In this document: in pieces, positions 1-8,886 of the stretch | How positions within the stretch are numbered: the first letter of the stretch is position 1 | Layout of the letters: each line of letters opens with the position of its first letter | Translations under genes and position numbers: made by a program | Notes under the pieces: generated by a model | The model's database searches: none | What the model was told of the DNA's origin: nothing | The model's input: only the letters and a program-made list of their open reading frames with translations | Origin: Candidatus Saganbacteria bacterium | GTDB taxonomy: Bacteria > Margulisbacteria > WOR-1 > JAKLHX01 | DNA: 32,000 nt | Reading direction: 5' to 3' | Assembly (NCBI GenBank): GCA_026387835.1 | Contig: JAPLKZ010000007.1 | Coordinates: forward strand, 65,284-97,283

Positions 1-315
1 GCAGGCCTGTCAGATACTTTTATTGGCGGAGTATCCTCGGCAATCACGGAGATCGGTTTTCTTAAAAAGAAATATTATATCTATGAGCCGGAGGAAAATG
101 GCAATGATTTCTCAATTGAAAGTGCGCCAAACATGTTCCAAAAACTTAACATCGCAAGAACAATCGATGAATTAAGCGATAATCTTACCTCCGGCAGGCA
201 GGCGCTGGCCGCAGAGGGAGAATACTTCTTCGGGTTGAAGACAAACAACAAGCAGGAATATGAAGAGAAAGTCAAGTCTGCTTTTGCAAGGTGGACCGGT
301 GGAAATGAGCAATAA
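1..315 (+). CDS. 3' end of an uncharacterised transferase-like protein (5' end outside the window), paralogous to the next gene
   Basis: Frame 1 is open from nt 1 to TAA 313-315. The ORF track only shows the last 60 aa, from an internal Met. The tail SDTFIGGVSSAITEIGFLKKKYYIY aligns with EADIVIGGVTTVILDAILAGKFAIIC near the C-terminus of the following ORF. Confidence 0.6.
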   Translation, partial: AGLSDTFIGGVSSAITEIGFLKKKYYIYEPEENGNDFSIESAPNMFQKLNIARTIDELSDNLTSGRQALAAEGEYFFGLKTNNKQEYEEKVKSAFARWTGGNEQ

Positions 316-2263
316 GAATATTAGCAACAAAAAACTGATCGTTCTTGGCAGAACTGCAAGCGAAGGCGACTGCAGGCGTATAGTTGCCGGTTGCGATGAT
401 GCGCTTATTTGCGACTTTTCGGAATATTATCAGATAAACCGTGACGAACTTTTAAAGCGCGCCAAAGAGGGCCTGCATATCGAACTTTCGGCAATATTTC
501 ACAAAGTGCAGGAGGATATGAGAGATAAATATCTTGACTTTATTGCTGATTGGCCCAATAAAGTATTATGGCGCGGGAAGGATTTTAAAGAGCTTTTTGC
601 CTGGAAGGGAATAAGCCTTTGGTGGTTCAGCGAGCCGGCGAGGAAGGTTATCGGGGAATACGGAGAATATTCAAAGATCTGCGAGATATTCACAATAAGA
701 GATATTATTAGTTCGTGCGGTATTGATAGCGTTCAATTAATTTCGTGCCCAAAAGCCTTTCGCCCCACGCTAAAGAAGATCTTTCCGAAAATAAGGATCT
801 CACATATTGGTCCCGCTAAGGAATGCGGACTATTAAAACATCTGCTCAGAAGAATAATAGTAATGTTTAATGCAATCCTCATAAAGTTCATTTTTAATGA
901 CAAAAGCAATAGATACGGAAAAGATAGGATCGGTATTATCTCATTCAATCTTTATAATTGGATAGAGAGCAATAAGGTGCCGGTAGACCGCCTGTACCAG
1001 GGACTTGTTGAAGACAAAAGCCTCGGGAATGTGTTTGACTGGATATTTGTCACATCCGCTAATATGGTCGATCTGATCCGCAAAAAAAAACTGAAGGATA
1101 CTTTGGGGCTTTTCAGAAGGATCAGGGACCATTATGGAAGATCATCATTAACATTCGTGGAAAACAAGATCGGTTTCAGCCAAATTGTATTACGGTTTGT
1201 CGATTGTTCCGCAATAATCAGATATTTGTTGCTGGCAAGAAAGAAAGAGTTTAGGGACAGCCTGACAATCGAAGGGGTCAACATATTTGATATTTTTCAT
1301 AATGCCTTTGTCAAATCATTTGTTGTGAATACATTTGAGTCCCAGATGTTGTCGGAATGTTTTTATCGCCTGAATAGGGACGTAAAACACGAGACATATG
1401 TAACTTATGCGGAATTCTTCCCGACCGGCAGGGCGGTGATACACGGGGTAAAGAGGGCTGATACAAAATCCAGGATAGTCTGGCATCAGCATTCTATGCA
1501 AACCAAAGGAAAGACAATGTTTATCAACAGGATCGGTGAAACAAATAAGTCCGGAAGTAAAAATTATGTGCAGTCTTTTCCGATAGCGGATAAATATCTG
1601 ATGTGGGGAAAGCAGGCAAGGTCGGTAGTCGCTCCGGGTTTTCCGGAGAGCAGGATAAAACTTATAGGGTCCTATAAGTATGTTGATAATTTCTATGCAA
1701 TTGCAAGCCATAAGGAGGAATCAAAAGGCGGTAAAAAAAAGATATTGATAGTGCCCTCAAATTACCGCAGGGACTGGCTTTTCCTGTTTAATATCATTTT
1801 TAACGCATTAAAAGATGCGGGAAATCAATATGATGTGAAGGTGACAAAACATCCGGCTGTCCAAAAAGAGATGTTCATTAACGATCTTAAGAGATTTAAA
1901 GGCGGGGTGGATGTTGTCTACAGGGACAGCACGTCAGATGCTCTTACAGAAGCGGATATAGTGATAGGAGGGGTCACTACGGTCATTCTCGACGCAATAC
2001 TGGCCGGGAAATTTGCTATTATATGTAAGAGTCCTAATGATATATACTATGGTATAGACAAGGATGATTTTCCGGAGAATTCGCAGGAGGTGGGAATAGC
2101 TTTTGTCTGCAATCATCAGGAACTGCGAAAAAGCCTGCAGGATTTTAGCAGCAGCGGAGTTGATGAGCTTATTAATAAAAGAAGAAAACTTGTTGACGAT
2201 ATTCTTGAATATCGCGGTCCGTTGGTGAAAGAAAAGTTTTGGGAAGAGGTAAGACAATACTAA
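305..2263 (+). CDS. Large uncharacterised protein with a C-terminal GT-B-like, cytidine-nucleotide-type (TagF / sialyl- / beta-Kdo-transferase-like) domain
   Basis: The track ORF is 260-2263 (667 aa). I prefer ATG 305, which has AAGGTGGA 9 nt upstream and gives the N-terminus MSNKNISNKKLIVLG; ATG 260 remains possible. Three collinear C-terminal motifs match the TagF-like gene at 14966: KILIVPSNYRRD (cf IYYIPTFRSRKE), VKVTKHP (cf LIRFHP), EADIVIGGVTTVILDAILAGK (cf KADILITDYSSICFDYLLMDK). I recognise no family for the N-terminal ~450 aa. Confidence 0.7.
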   Translation: MSNKNISNKKLIVLGRTASEGDCRRIVAGCDDALICDFSEYYQINRDELLKRAKEGLHIELSAIFHKVQEDMRDKYLDFIADWPNKVLWRGKDFKELFAWKGISLWWFSEPARKVIGEYGEYSKICEIFTIRDIISSCGIDSVQLISCPKAFRPTLKKIFPKIRISHIGPAKECGLLKHLLRRIIVMFNAILIKFIFNDKSNRYGKDRIGIISFNLYNWIESNKVPVDRLYQGLVEDKSLGNVFDWIFVTSANMVDLIRKKKLKDTLGLFRRIRDHYGRSSLTFVENKIGFSQIVLRFVDCSAIIRYLLLARKKEFRDSLTIEGVNIFDIFHNAFVKSFVVNTFESQMLSECFYRLNRDVKHETYVTYAEFFPTGRAVIHGVKRADTKSRIVWHQHSMQTKGKTMFINRIGETNKSGSKNYVQSFPIADKYLMWGKQARSVVAPGFPESRIKLIGSYKYVDNFYAIASHKEESKGGKKKILIVPSNYRRDWLFLFNIIFNALKDAGNQYDVKVTKHPAVQKEMFINDLKRFKGGVDVVYRDSTSDALTEADIVIGGVTTVILDAILAGKFAIICKSPNDIYYGIDKDDFPENSQEVGIAFVCNHQELRKSLQDFSSSGVDELINKRRKLVDDILEYRGPLVKEKFWEEVRQY

Positions 2264-2272
2264 TATATTAAC

Positions 2273-2818
2273 ATGCAACAAGAAAAAATAAGACTAAATA
2301 TAGGTTGCGGCAATGATATCAGGCCAGGTTATATCAATTGCGACAAAGTAGCAATAGAAGGGGTGGATAAAGCAGTTGATCTTGATGCTAGGCTGCCCTT
2401 TGAGGATAATAGTGTTAATGAAATAGTCCTCATCGATGTGCTTGAGCATGTTCAGGATTTTATAGGATCTATGGAAGAGCTTTGCAGGATCTTGGAAAAA
2501 AATGGGCGGCTTATTATACAGGTACCTTATTGGAATAGCTGGTGCGCCGTGGCCGATCCGACGCACAGGCGTGGTTTTCATGAAAAAGTATTCAATTTTT
2601 TTGATCCGGACAGGGAAGAATGCAGGGAAAGGCACTATTACACAAAAGCCAGGTTCAGGATTATTTCTTTAAATCCGGTTTTGTACCCGTTTTCACCATC
2701 CTTCAGATCCAAAAAAAGAGAAATAAAGAATAAATTATTGAAAAAGGCGGTGTTTTTTCTGGGCAACTATTTGAATAATATCATCATAGATCTGTCTGTG
2801 ATACTTGAAAAAGCATAA
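2273..2818 (+). CDS. Small class I SAM-dependent methyltransferase (Methyltransf_11-like)
   Basis: It has the glycine-rich motif I (IRLNIGCGND) and an acidic loop (LPFEDNSVNEIVLIDVLEHV), followed by LEKNGRLIIQVPY. The protein is 181 aa. Confidence 0.85.
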   Translation: MQQEKIRLNIGCGNDIRPGYINCDKVAIEGVDKAVDLDARLPFEDNSVNEIVLIDVLEHVQDFIGSMEELCRILEKNGRLIIQVPYWNSWCAVADPTHRRGFHEKVFNFFDPDREECRERHYYTKARFRIISLNPVLYPFSPSFRSKKREIKNKLLKKAVFFLGNYLNNIIIDLSVILEKA

Positions 2819-2828
2819 GGAGAAGAAC

Positions 2829-3590
2829 ATGGAAAATCTGAAGAAGAGGCTTGGCGAAAAAAAACTGACGGTTGGAAGCTGGATCCAAATCCCGGATACA
2901 TTTACCGCGGAAATAATGGCAAAGTCAGGATTTGATTGGCTGGCGATCGACATGGAACATGGCTTGATAGATATGAAGGACGTTTTCAGGCTGATACAGG
3001 TGATTGATCTTGCAGGGTCGGTTCCCCTTGTGCGGCTCAATGTAAATGATGCCAGCACCATTAGGCGTGTGATGGACGCGGGAGCGGCCGGAGTGATCGT
3101 TCCTATGGTCAACTCTGCTGATGATGCCCAAAAAGCGGTTGAGGCCGTAAAATATCCCCCCCAAGGCAAGAGGAGCTTCGGTTTGGGCAGGGCGCATGGT
3201 TATGGCAGGAAATTTAAGGAATATATCTCGGCGTCAAACTCACGTAGCATTCTAGTGGTCCAGATAGAGCATATAGATGCAGTAAGGAATCTGGATGAAA
3301 TTTTAGAAATAAAGGGGATTGATGCGGTGATAATCGGTCCGTATGATCTTTCCGGCTCCATGGGTATCCCGGGGAAATTTAATGACACAAAGTTTATAAA
3401 AGTAATCGGAGAGATCAGCAAAAAGGTAAAGAGCAAAAAGATCGCGCTGGGATTCCATCTTGTTCAACCAGGCGCAGGAGAGCTCAATAAAAAGATAAAA
3501 GAGGGCTTCACTTTTATCGCTTATGGAATGGATACTATATATCTGTCAAACGCCCTGTCAAACGCGGTTAATGATATAAGAAAAGGATAA
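2829..3590 (+). CDS. HpcH/HpaI-family class II (metal-dependent) pyruvate aldolase
   Basis: The sequence LTVGSWIQIPDTFTAEIMAKSGFDWLAIDMEHG...VPLVRLNVNDASTIRRVMDAGAAGVIVPMVNSADDAQKAVEAVKYPPQGKRSFG matches the 2,4-dihydroxyhept-2-enedioate / 2-keto-3-deoxy-sugar-acid aldolase family. ATG 2829 has AAGGAG 6 nt upstream. The TTG 2805 start in the track is unlikely. Confidence 0.9.
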   Translation: MENLKKRLGEKKLTVGSWIQIPDTFTAEIMAKSGFDWLAIDMEHGLIDMKDVFRLIQVIDLAGSVPLVRLNVNDASTIRRVMDAGAAGVIVPMVNSADDAQKAVEAVKYPPQGKRSFGLGRAHGYGRKFKEYISASNSRSILVVQIEHIDAVRNLDEILEIKGIDAVIIGPYDLSGSMGIPGKFNDTKFIKVIGEISKKVKSKKIALGFHLVQPGAGELNKKIKEGFTFIAYGMDTIYLSNALSNAVNDIRKG

Positions 3591-3594
3591 TAGC

Positions 3595-4581
3595 GTGAAG
3601 GAATTTGATCTGATGCGGCCGAAGGGCGCCTACGAGGAGGTGCTTCTCCAAAGAGAGAAAGACGGCTTTGCTTTTTTCTCAAAGTATAAAGACAGTTTTA
3701 TCGATATAGATTGCCCTGCCTGCGGTGAAAGGGGTGAAAAAGCTTTTGAGAAATACGGTTTTACACATAAGATCTGCGATAAATGCAAGACCCTGTTCTG
3801 TTCTCCGAGGCCGAATGACGAGCTGTTAGGTGTTTATTATAATGAATATGAAGCGCCTAAAATGTGGACCAAACTGCTTGTAAAAGCGGATGCAAGCAGA
3901 AAGGCTCTCCAGTATGCTCCGCGCGCGGAAAAAATTGTTGATCTTATGAAAAAGCGCGGAAAAAACGGCGGCCTCGCTGTTGACATAGGTGCCGGATCGG
4001 GAGCCTTTTCTATAGCACTCAAAAATACCGGTTTCTTTTCAGATGTGATAACGCTTGATTTCTCAAAGGACTGTGTGGCTGAATGCAAAAGATCAGGGTT
4101 GAATGCACGCCTTGGCACAGTAACCGATCTTTCTGATTCATCTGCCAACCTCATCTGTATGAACGATCTTTTGGAACATCTGTTTGATCCGCTCACTTTT
4201 CTGAAAAAATGCGCGAATGCGCTTCGCCCGAAGGGTGTTGTCTCGATCGCCACGCCCAACGGGCAGGGTTTTGATTTTCAGATACTTAAGGAAAAGACCG
4301 GGAATATTACACCGCCGGAACACCTCAATTATTTCAATCCGGCCTCGCTGTCTATGCTGCTTAACAGGGCCGGGTTTGAAACGATATCTGCCGAAACGCC
4401 GGGGATACTTGATGTGGACATTATTTTGAACGGAAAAAAGGTCGGCTTTCCCCTCAAGCAAAAAAATGAATATCTTGACAGCCTTATGGTACAGGACGAG
4501 AGTATACGAAAAAAATTCCAGAAGTTTTTATCGGAGAACGGCTTGTCCAGCCATATGCTGGTAATGGCAAAGAAAAAATGA
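3595..4581 (+). CDS. SAM-dependent methyltransferase with an N-terminal CxxC...CxxC zinc ribbon (paralogue 1)
   Basis: It carries the zinc ribbon CPACG...CDKCKTLFCSPRP, motif I (VDIGAGSGAF), NDLLEHLFDP and PPEHLNYFNP. It is 328 aa with a GTG start and is collinear with the ORF at 5368-6354. Confidence 0.8.
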   Translation: MKEFDLMRPKGAYEEVLLQREKDGFAFFSKYKDSFIDIDCPACGERGEKAFEKYGFTHKICDKCKTLFCSPRPNDELLGVYYNEYEAPKMWTKLLVKADASRKALQYAPRAEKIVDLMKKRGKNGGLAVDIGAGSGAFSIALKNTGFFSDVITLDFSKDCVAECKRSGLNARLGTVTDLSDSSANLICMNDLLEHLFDPLTFLKKCANALRPKGVVSIATPNGQGFDFQILKEKTGNITPPEHLNYFNPASLSMLLNRAGFETISAETPGILDVDIILNGKKVGFPLKQKNEYLDSLMVQDESIRKKFQKFLSENGLSSHMLVMAKKK

Positions 4582-4594
4582 AACTGAGATGTAA

Positions 4595-5371
4595 ATGAAT
4601 ATTATAGGAATAATTCCCGCGCGCATGGCGTCCAGCAGATTTCCCGGGAAACCACTGGCAAAGATACTTGGCATCCCGATGATCGGGCACGTGTACTTCA
4701 GGAGCAGGATGTGTAAGACGCTCAATGAAGTGTATGTGGCGACGTGCGATAAGGAAGTGTTTGAATATTGCAATTCCATTGGTGCAAAGGCTGTGATGAC
4801 CAAAGATACGCATGAGAGAGCCTCTGACCGCGCGGCCGAGGCGATGCTGAAGATAGAAAAGGAAACAGGGGAGAAGATCGATATCGTGGTGATGATACAG
4901 GGCGACGAGCCGATGCTGTATCCTGACATGATCGACGATGCTGTGAAGCCGCTCATAGACGACAAGAATATCTTTGTCTCCAACCTCATGGCGCCAATGA
5001 CAAAAGAAGAGCAGGAAGATCCCAATGAGGTCAAGGTGGTATGCGATAACGATAATTTTGCACTATATTTTTCGAGGGAGCCGATCCCTTCCTGGAAAAA
5101 AGGGGCAAAAGAAGTTCCGATGTTCAAACAGGTCTGCATAATCCCTTTCAGGAGGGATTTTCTTCTGAAATTCAACGAGCTTGTGCCAACTCCTCTTGAG
5201 ATAGTGGAATCGGTGGATATGCTTAGGGTGCTGGAGCATGGTTATAAGGTAAAAATGATCAGGAATGACAGGCAGACATACAGCGTTGACACGCAACAGG
5301 ACTTAAAAGATGTCGAGGAAGCGATGCGCCCTGACAGCCTGATAAAAAAATACAAAGGGCAGGGCAAATGA
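4595..5371 (+). CDS. kdsB: KdsB-family cytidylyltransferase (CMP-3-deoxy-ulosonate synthetase-like, CTP_transf_3)
   Basis: It aligns along its whole length with E. coli KdsB as I recall that sequence: IIPARMASSRFPGKPL..ILGIPMIGHV, QGDEPML, VKVVCDNDNFALYFSREPIP, PTPLEIVESVDMLRVLEHGYKV, VDTQQDLKDVE. The substrate may not be Kdo itself. Confidence 0.88.
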   Translation: MNIIGIIPARMASSRFPGKPLAKILGIPMIGHVYFRSRMCKTLNEVYVATCDKEVFEYCNSIGAKAVMTKDTHERASDRAAEAMLKIEKETGEKIDIVVMIQGDEPMLYPDMIDDAVKPLIDDKNIFVSNLMAPMTKEEQEDPNEVKVVCDNDNFALYFSREPIPSWKKGAKEVPMFKQVCIIPFRRDFLLKFNELVPTPLEIVESVDMLRVLEHGYKVKMIRNDRQTYSVDTQQDLKDVEEAMRPDSLIKKYKGQGK

Positions 5372-6354
5372 AAGAAGAAGAGATCAGAAAGCGCGACGTA
5401 TTTAACAAGTATCTTGAGCTGGTAAAGGAAGATATCGATACGATCTTCAAAGACAAGGGCGCGTTCATAGACGCGGCTTGTCCGGCCTGCGGCTCGGACG
5501 AGAACACCTTTCAATTTGAAAAATCCGGGTTTAAATACGTGCTTTGCAATAAATGCGGCACTTTGTTCGCCAACCCGAGGCCTACGCTGAAGGCGCTCAC
5601 GGATTTCTACTCGTCTTCAAAGTCCGGGGATTTCTGGGTAAAAGAGTTCTTTCTTCCAGTGGCGGAAGTGCGCAGGGAAAAATTATTCAAACCCAGGGCA
5701 GAACTTGTCAGCGGCAGGTTACAAGAGCCGGAAGGTTTTGTCGGGGATGTCGGGGCGGGTTTCGGTATCTTTCTTGAGGAACTTGGCAAGGTCTGGAAGA
5801 AAGCAAAAATGGCGGCTATCGAGCCTTCTATAGAAATGTCGGACATATGCACTAAAAAAGGCTTTACCGTGATACGCAATGCGGTAGAGGATGTCACGGG
5901 ATGGGACGGCAAATTCTCGGTCTTAACTGCATTTGAGCTGTTTGAGCACCTGCAGGACCCGGGTTCTTTTCTTGAAAAGATACACTCTCTTCTGTCCAAA
6001 GGCGGGCACCTGCTTCTTTCGACGCTGAATGGGGAGGGTTTTGACATTCAGATACTGTGGGAGCGCTCAAAGAGCGTCTCTCCCCCGCACCATCTCAACT
6101 TTTTCAACCCCGATTCAATGCGAATATTACTTGAAAAAAAAGGGTTTGCCGTTGAATCTATAACCACTCCAGGAAAACTGGACTGGGATATTGTTGAGGG
6201 AGCTTACCGGAAAGAAGGGCAGGATCCCGGAAGATTGTGGAAGCTTTTATCTCAAAAAGGCAATGAGCAGGCAAAAGAAAAACTCCAGGAATGGATAACA
6301 AAAAATAATTTTAGCTCCCACATGATGGCGATCGCTCGCAAAGGAAATCAATGA
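5368..6354 (+). CDS. SAM-dependent methyltransferase with an N-terminal zinc ribbon (paralogue 2)
   Basis: It carries CPACG...[34 protein letters not shown] and [10 protein letters not shown], with the C-terminal tail [10 protein letters not shown] (cf SSHMLVMAKK in paralogue 1). It is 328 aa and overlaps the upstream gene by ATGA. Confidence 0.8.
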   Translation: MKEEEIRKRDVFNKYLELVKEDIDTIFKDKGAFIDAACPACGSDENTFQFEKSGFKYVLCNKCGTLFANPRPTLKALTDFYSSSKSGDFWVKEFFLPVAEVRREKLFKPRAELVSGRLQEPEGFVGDVGAGFGIFLEELGKVWKKAKMAAIEPSIEMSDICTKKGFTVIRNAVEDVTGWDGKFSVLTAFELFEHLQDPGSFLEKIHSLLSKGGHLLLSTLNGEGFDIQILWERSKSVSPPHHLNFFNPDSMRILLEKKGFAVESITTPGKLDWDIVEGAYRKEGQDPGRLWKLLSQKGNEQAKEKLQEWITKNNFSSHMMAIARKGNQ

Positions 6355-6938
6355 AGATTATTTTTCAAATGTTTATTGAAGAGATCCTTGATGTTGTGCG
6401 TTTGTTGCTGCGCAATTATCCCGGCAGGATCGGGTATAAGTTAAGGCGGGAATACTGGAAAAGAGCCTTTCTGCATTGCGGATCAAAATTCAATATTGAT
6501 ATTGAAGGCATTATTTCCGGATCAAAAAATATTATTTTGAAGGATCACGTGACATTTAGCACAAGAGTCACTATAGATGCAAATCAAGCGAAACTAACAA
6601 TCGGAAACAGATTTAGTTGCAGCAATAATGTGTTTATGGGTGCTACTGGAGGAGAGATGATCATAGGAAATGATGTAATGATCGGCCCAAATGTGGTTCT
6701 GCGGGCATCAAATCATGTTTTTAACAGGACAGATATTCCCATGAGAGATCAGGGGCATTCGTTCGGCAAAATAATTATCGAGGACGATGTTTGGATAGGA
6801 GCCAACGCGGTCATTTTGCCGAATGTGACGATTGGTAAAGGTGCTATCATCGCGGCCGGCGCCGTAGTGACGAAGGATGTACCCCCGTATAGTATCGTTG
6901 CAGGTGTGCCGGCAAAAACGATAAAGAGCAGAAAATGA
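6351..6938 (+). CDS. Hexapeptide-repeat (left-handed beta-helix) sugar O-acetyltransferase, WcaF/LacA/NodL-like
   Basis: The sequence [20 protein letters not shown]...[49 protein letters not shown] shows the hexapeptide repeats. It overlaps the upstream gene by ATGA. Confidence 0.9.
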   Translation: MKIIFQMFIEEILDVVRLLLRNYPGRIGYKLRREYWKRAFLHCGSKFNIDIEGIISGSKNIILKDHVTFSTRVTIDANQAKLTIGNRFSCSNNVFMGATGGEMIIGNDVMIGPNVVLRASNHVFNRTDIPMRDQGHSFGKIIIEDDVWIGANAVILPNVTIGKGAIIAAGAVVTKDVPPYSIVAGVPAKTIKSRK

Positions 6939-7864
6939 AAGTATTTATATCAACAACAACTTTCGCGGAGTATGAAGATCAGCCGCTTAAAATGTTAAAG
7001 GACCACGGTATGGAATTCCAGGTGAATCCGCTGCGCAAGAAGCTCTCTGGTGAAGAGCTGATATCTCTTGCTAAGGACGCGCAGGGTCTTATAGCGGGTA
7101 CTGAAGTCCTGACAGCGGAAGTGCTGAAGGAATTAAAAAGCTTAAAAGTGATCTCCCGCTGCGGTGCGGGACTTGATAATGTGGATCTAAAAGCCGCCAA
7201 AGGCCTCAATATCATGGTCTTTAATACGCCTGACGCGCCGACAGATGCAGTTGCTGAATTGACGCTGGGTCTCATGCTCGATTGCCTGCGCAAGATATCA
7301 GGAGCTGACAGGCAGATCAGGCATGGCAAATGGAATAAACCGATGGGAAATCTTTTAAAAGGCAAAAATGTCGGGATCATCGGATATGGAAGGATAGGAA
7401 AAGCGGTTGGACGCCTGGCAGAGGCCTTTGGCGCGAATGTTTCGGCATATGATGTTGCAAAAGATCCTGACGGCAAAAAATATCTTTCTTTTGATCAGTT
7501 GATCGCCGGTTCAGACATTATAAGTCTGCATGTCCCCGGCAGTAAAACAGGCCATTTGATACATGCAAAAGCTGTTTCAAATATGAAAAACGGCGCGTTT
7601 TTGATCAATGCTTCAAGGGGCGGTCTTGTGGACGAGGAGGCTCTTTATGAGGCTTTAAAGTCGGGAAAACTGGCGGGAGCAGGCATAGACACTTTTGAAA
7701 AGGAACCGTATCAAGGAAAACTCATTGAATTGGATAATGCGGTATTGACTTCTCACATAGGATCTTACGCGAAGGAGTCCAGGATAAATATGGAACAACA
7801 AGCGGTCGAAAATCTTATTCGTGGACTTGAGGAAGCTACTGCTAACGGGAGGAGCAATAAATGA
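6935..7864 (+). CDS. D-isomer-specific 2-hydroxyacid dehydrogenase (phosphoglycerate/glycerate dehydrogenase-like, no ACT domain)
   Basis: It has the NAD motif [17 protein letters not shown] and the catalytic triad context [12 protein letters not shown]...[11 protein letters not shown]...LTSHIG. Confidence 0.9.
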   Translation: MKVFISTTTFAEYEDQPLKMLKDHGMEFQVNPLRKKLSGEELISLAKDAQGLIAGTEVLTAEVLKELKSLKVISRCGAGLDNVDLKAAKGLNIMVFNTPDAPTDAVAELTLGLMLDCLRKISGADRQIRHGKWNKPMGNLLKGKNVGIIGYGRIGKAVGRLAEAFGANVSAYDVAKDPDGKKYLSFDQLIAGSDIISLHVPGSKTGHLIHAKAVSNMKNGAFLINASRGGLVDEEALYEALKSGKLAGAGIDTFEKEPYQGKLIELDNAVLTSHIGSYAKESRINMEQQAVENLIRGLEEATANGRSNK

Positions 7865-8853
7865 TGACTGAAAAAGAATGTTATCAATTGTTCAAGAAAT
7901 ATGCAGAAAATTATAAGCCTTTTCAGTTTGATACTGCTAGAAATGATTTTCGTGCTGAATACAAAGGTAAAAATAATCTAATCATTTCGTTCTATAGATA
8001 TTTCAAAGTATTTTATGAGGTCTCTAAAATATGGGGGAAAAACAAATCAAAAGTCGTTGATTTTGGGGTTTTCCCCGGAGTTGTTCCGAAAATATTCCGA
8101 GATCTCTTTTTGAATGATAATTTTGACTATATCGGAGTTGGATTGGGTTTTACCGATGATTTTATTAAGGAGATGGAGAAATTAAAAATAAAGTTACATG
8201 AAACTGAGTTGGACCCATCTTATTTTATGCCTAAAAAAGTCAATCAACTGGATTGTTCTGACGCAGATATAGTTCTTTTTTTGGATGTTATAGAACATCT
8301 GGCTAATCCCACCAATGCGCTTGACGTTGCCAATCACTCCCTAAAAAAAGGCGGATGGCTTATTCTGACGACTGACAATATAACTAATGCGAATAATGCG
8401 ATCCTAATGTTGCTCGGGAAAACGCCATTGCCGCATCCGTTGTTAACAAACATGTATTTCATCGGAGATTGGCGCCCCCATTTCAGAGAATATTCTAAAG
8501 AAGATTTGATGTGGCTGTTACGGAACAGCGGTTTTGAAATTGAAAAACACGAGTATTTTGACAGAAAACAAGGCGAATATTATTTAAACAATGGAAGGAT
8601 AGAAAGACAACGCCAATCTGTTGATAACAGCAAAATAGACAGAAGGCTAAAAATTAAAATCATAAGGAACATTAAAAAAGCAGTAATGGCTTTGTTGAAA
8701 ATTGCATTTTCTTTCTCCCCTCATTTCCGCTCTCATCAAATTATTGTGGCCAGAAAGGTATTTGAAACAGGGGAAATGAAAAAGAAAAGGCCGGAAATGC
8801 AAACTTCGACCGAGGGATGGAATGCTGTCAGGCAAAAATATTTGGGTTATTAA
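7861..8853 (+). CDS. Probable class I methyltransferase with a degenerate motif I
   Basis: It has VVDFGVFPG in the motif I position, then DADIVLFLDVIEHLANP, LKKGGWLILTTDN and REYSKEDLMWLLRNSGFEI. The gene is markedly AT-rich relative to its neighbours. Confidence 0.65.
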   Translation: MMTEKECYQLFKKYAENYKPFQFDTARNDFRAEYKGKNNLIISFYRYFKVFYEVSKIWGKNKSKVVDFGVFPGVVPKIFRDLFLNDNFDYIGVGLGFTDDFIKEMEKLKIKLHETELDPSYFMPKKVNQLDCSDADIVLFLDVIEHLANPTNALDVANHSLKKGGWLILTTDNITNANNAILMLLGKTPLPHPLLTNMYFIGDWRPHFREYSKEDLMWLLRNSGFEIEKHEYFDRKQGEYYLNNGRIERQRQSVDNSKIDRRLKIKIIRNIKKAVMALLKIAFSFSPHFRSHQIIVARKVFETGEMKKKRPEMQTSTEGWNAVRQKYLGY

Positions 8854-8886
8854 CCAAGAAAATTATATAGAACTGGAGGAAATAAT

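Noticed and set aside
1082-1090. Homopolymer tracts considered as phase-variation switches: A9 at 1082-1090 and A8 at 1733-1740 in the large transferase, C7 around 3157-3163, G7 at 25735-25741 and T8 near 19241-19248.
   Set aside because: The tracts are short. They are mostly poly-A encoding Lys runs in an AT-leaning genome, and there is no evidence of length variation from a single sequence. This is below the length usually associated with contingency loci.
1-6354. Analogy to the Campylobacter MeOPN (O-methyl phosphoramidate) locus: tandem large paralogous transferases, two methyltransferases and a cytidylyltransferase.
   Set aside because: The resemblance is architectural only. There is no PPDK-like glutamine kinase, no glutamine-amidotransferase-like hydrolase and no CysC homologue in the window, and I cannot verify sequence homology from memory. 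I keep it as a comparison to run, not a claim.
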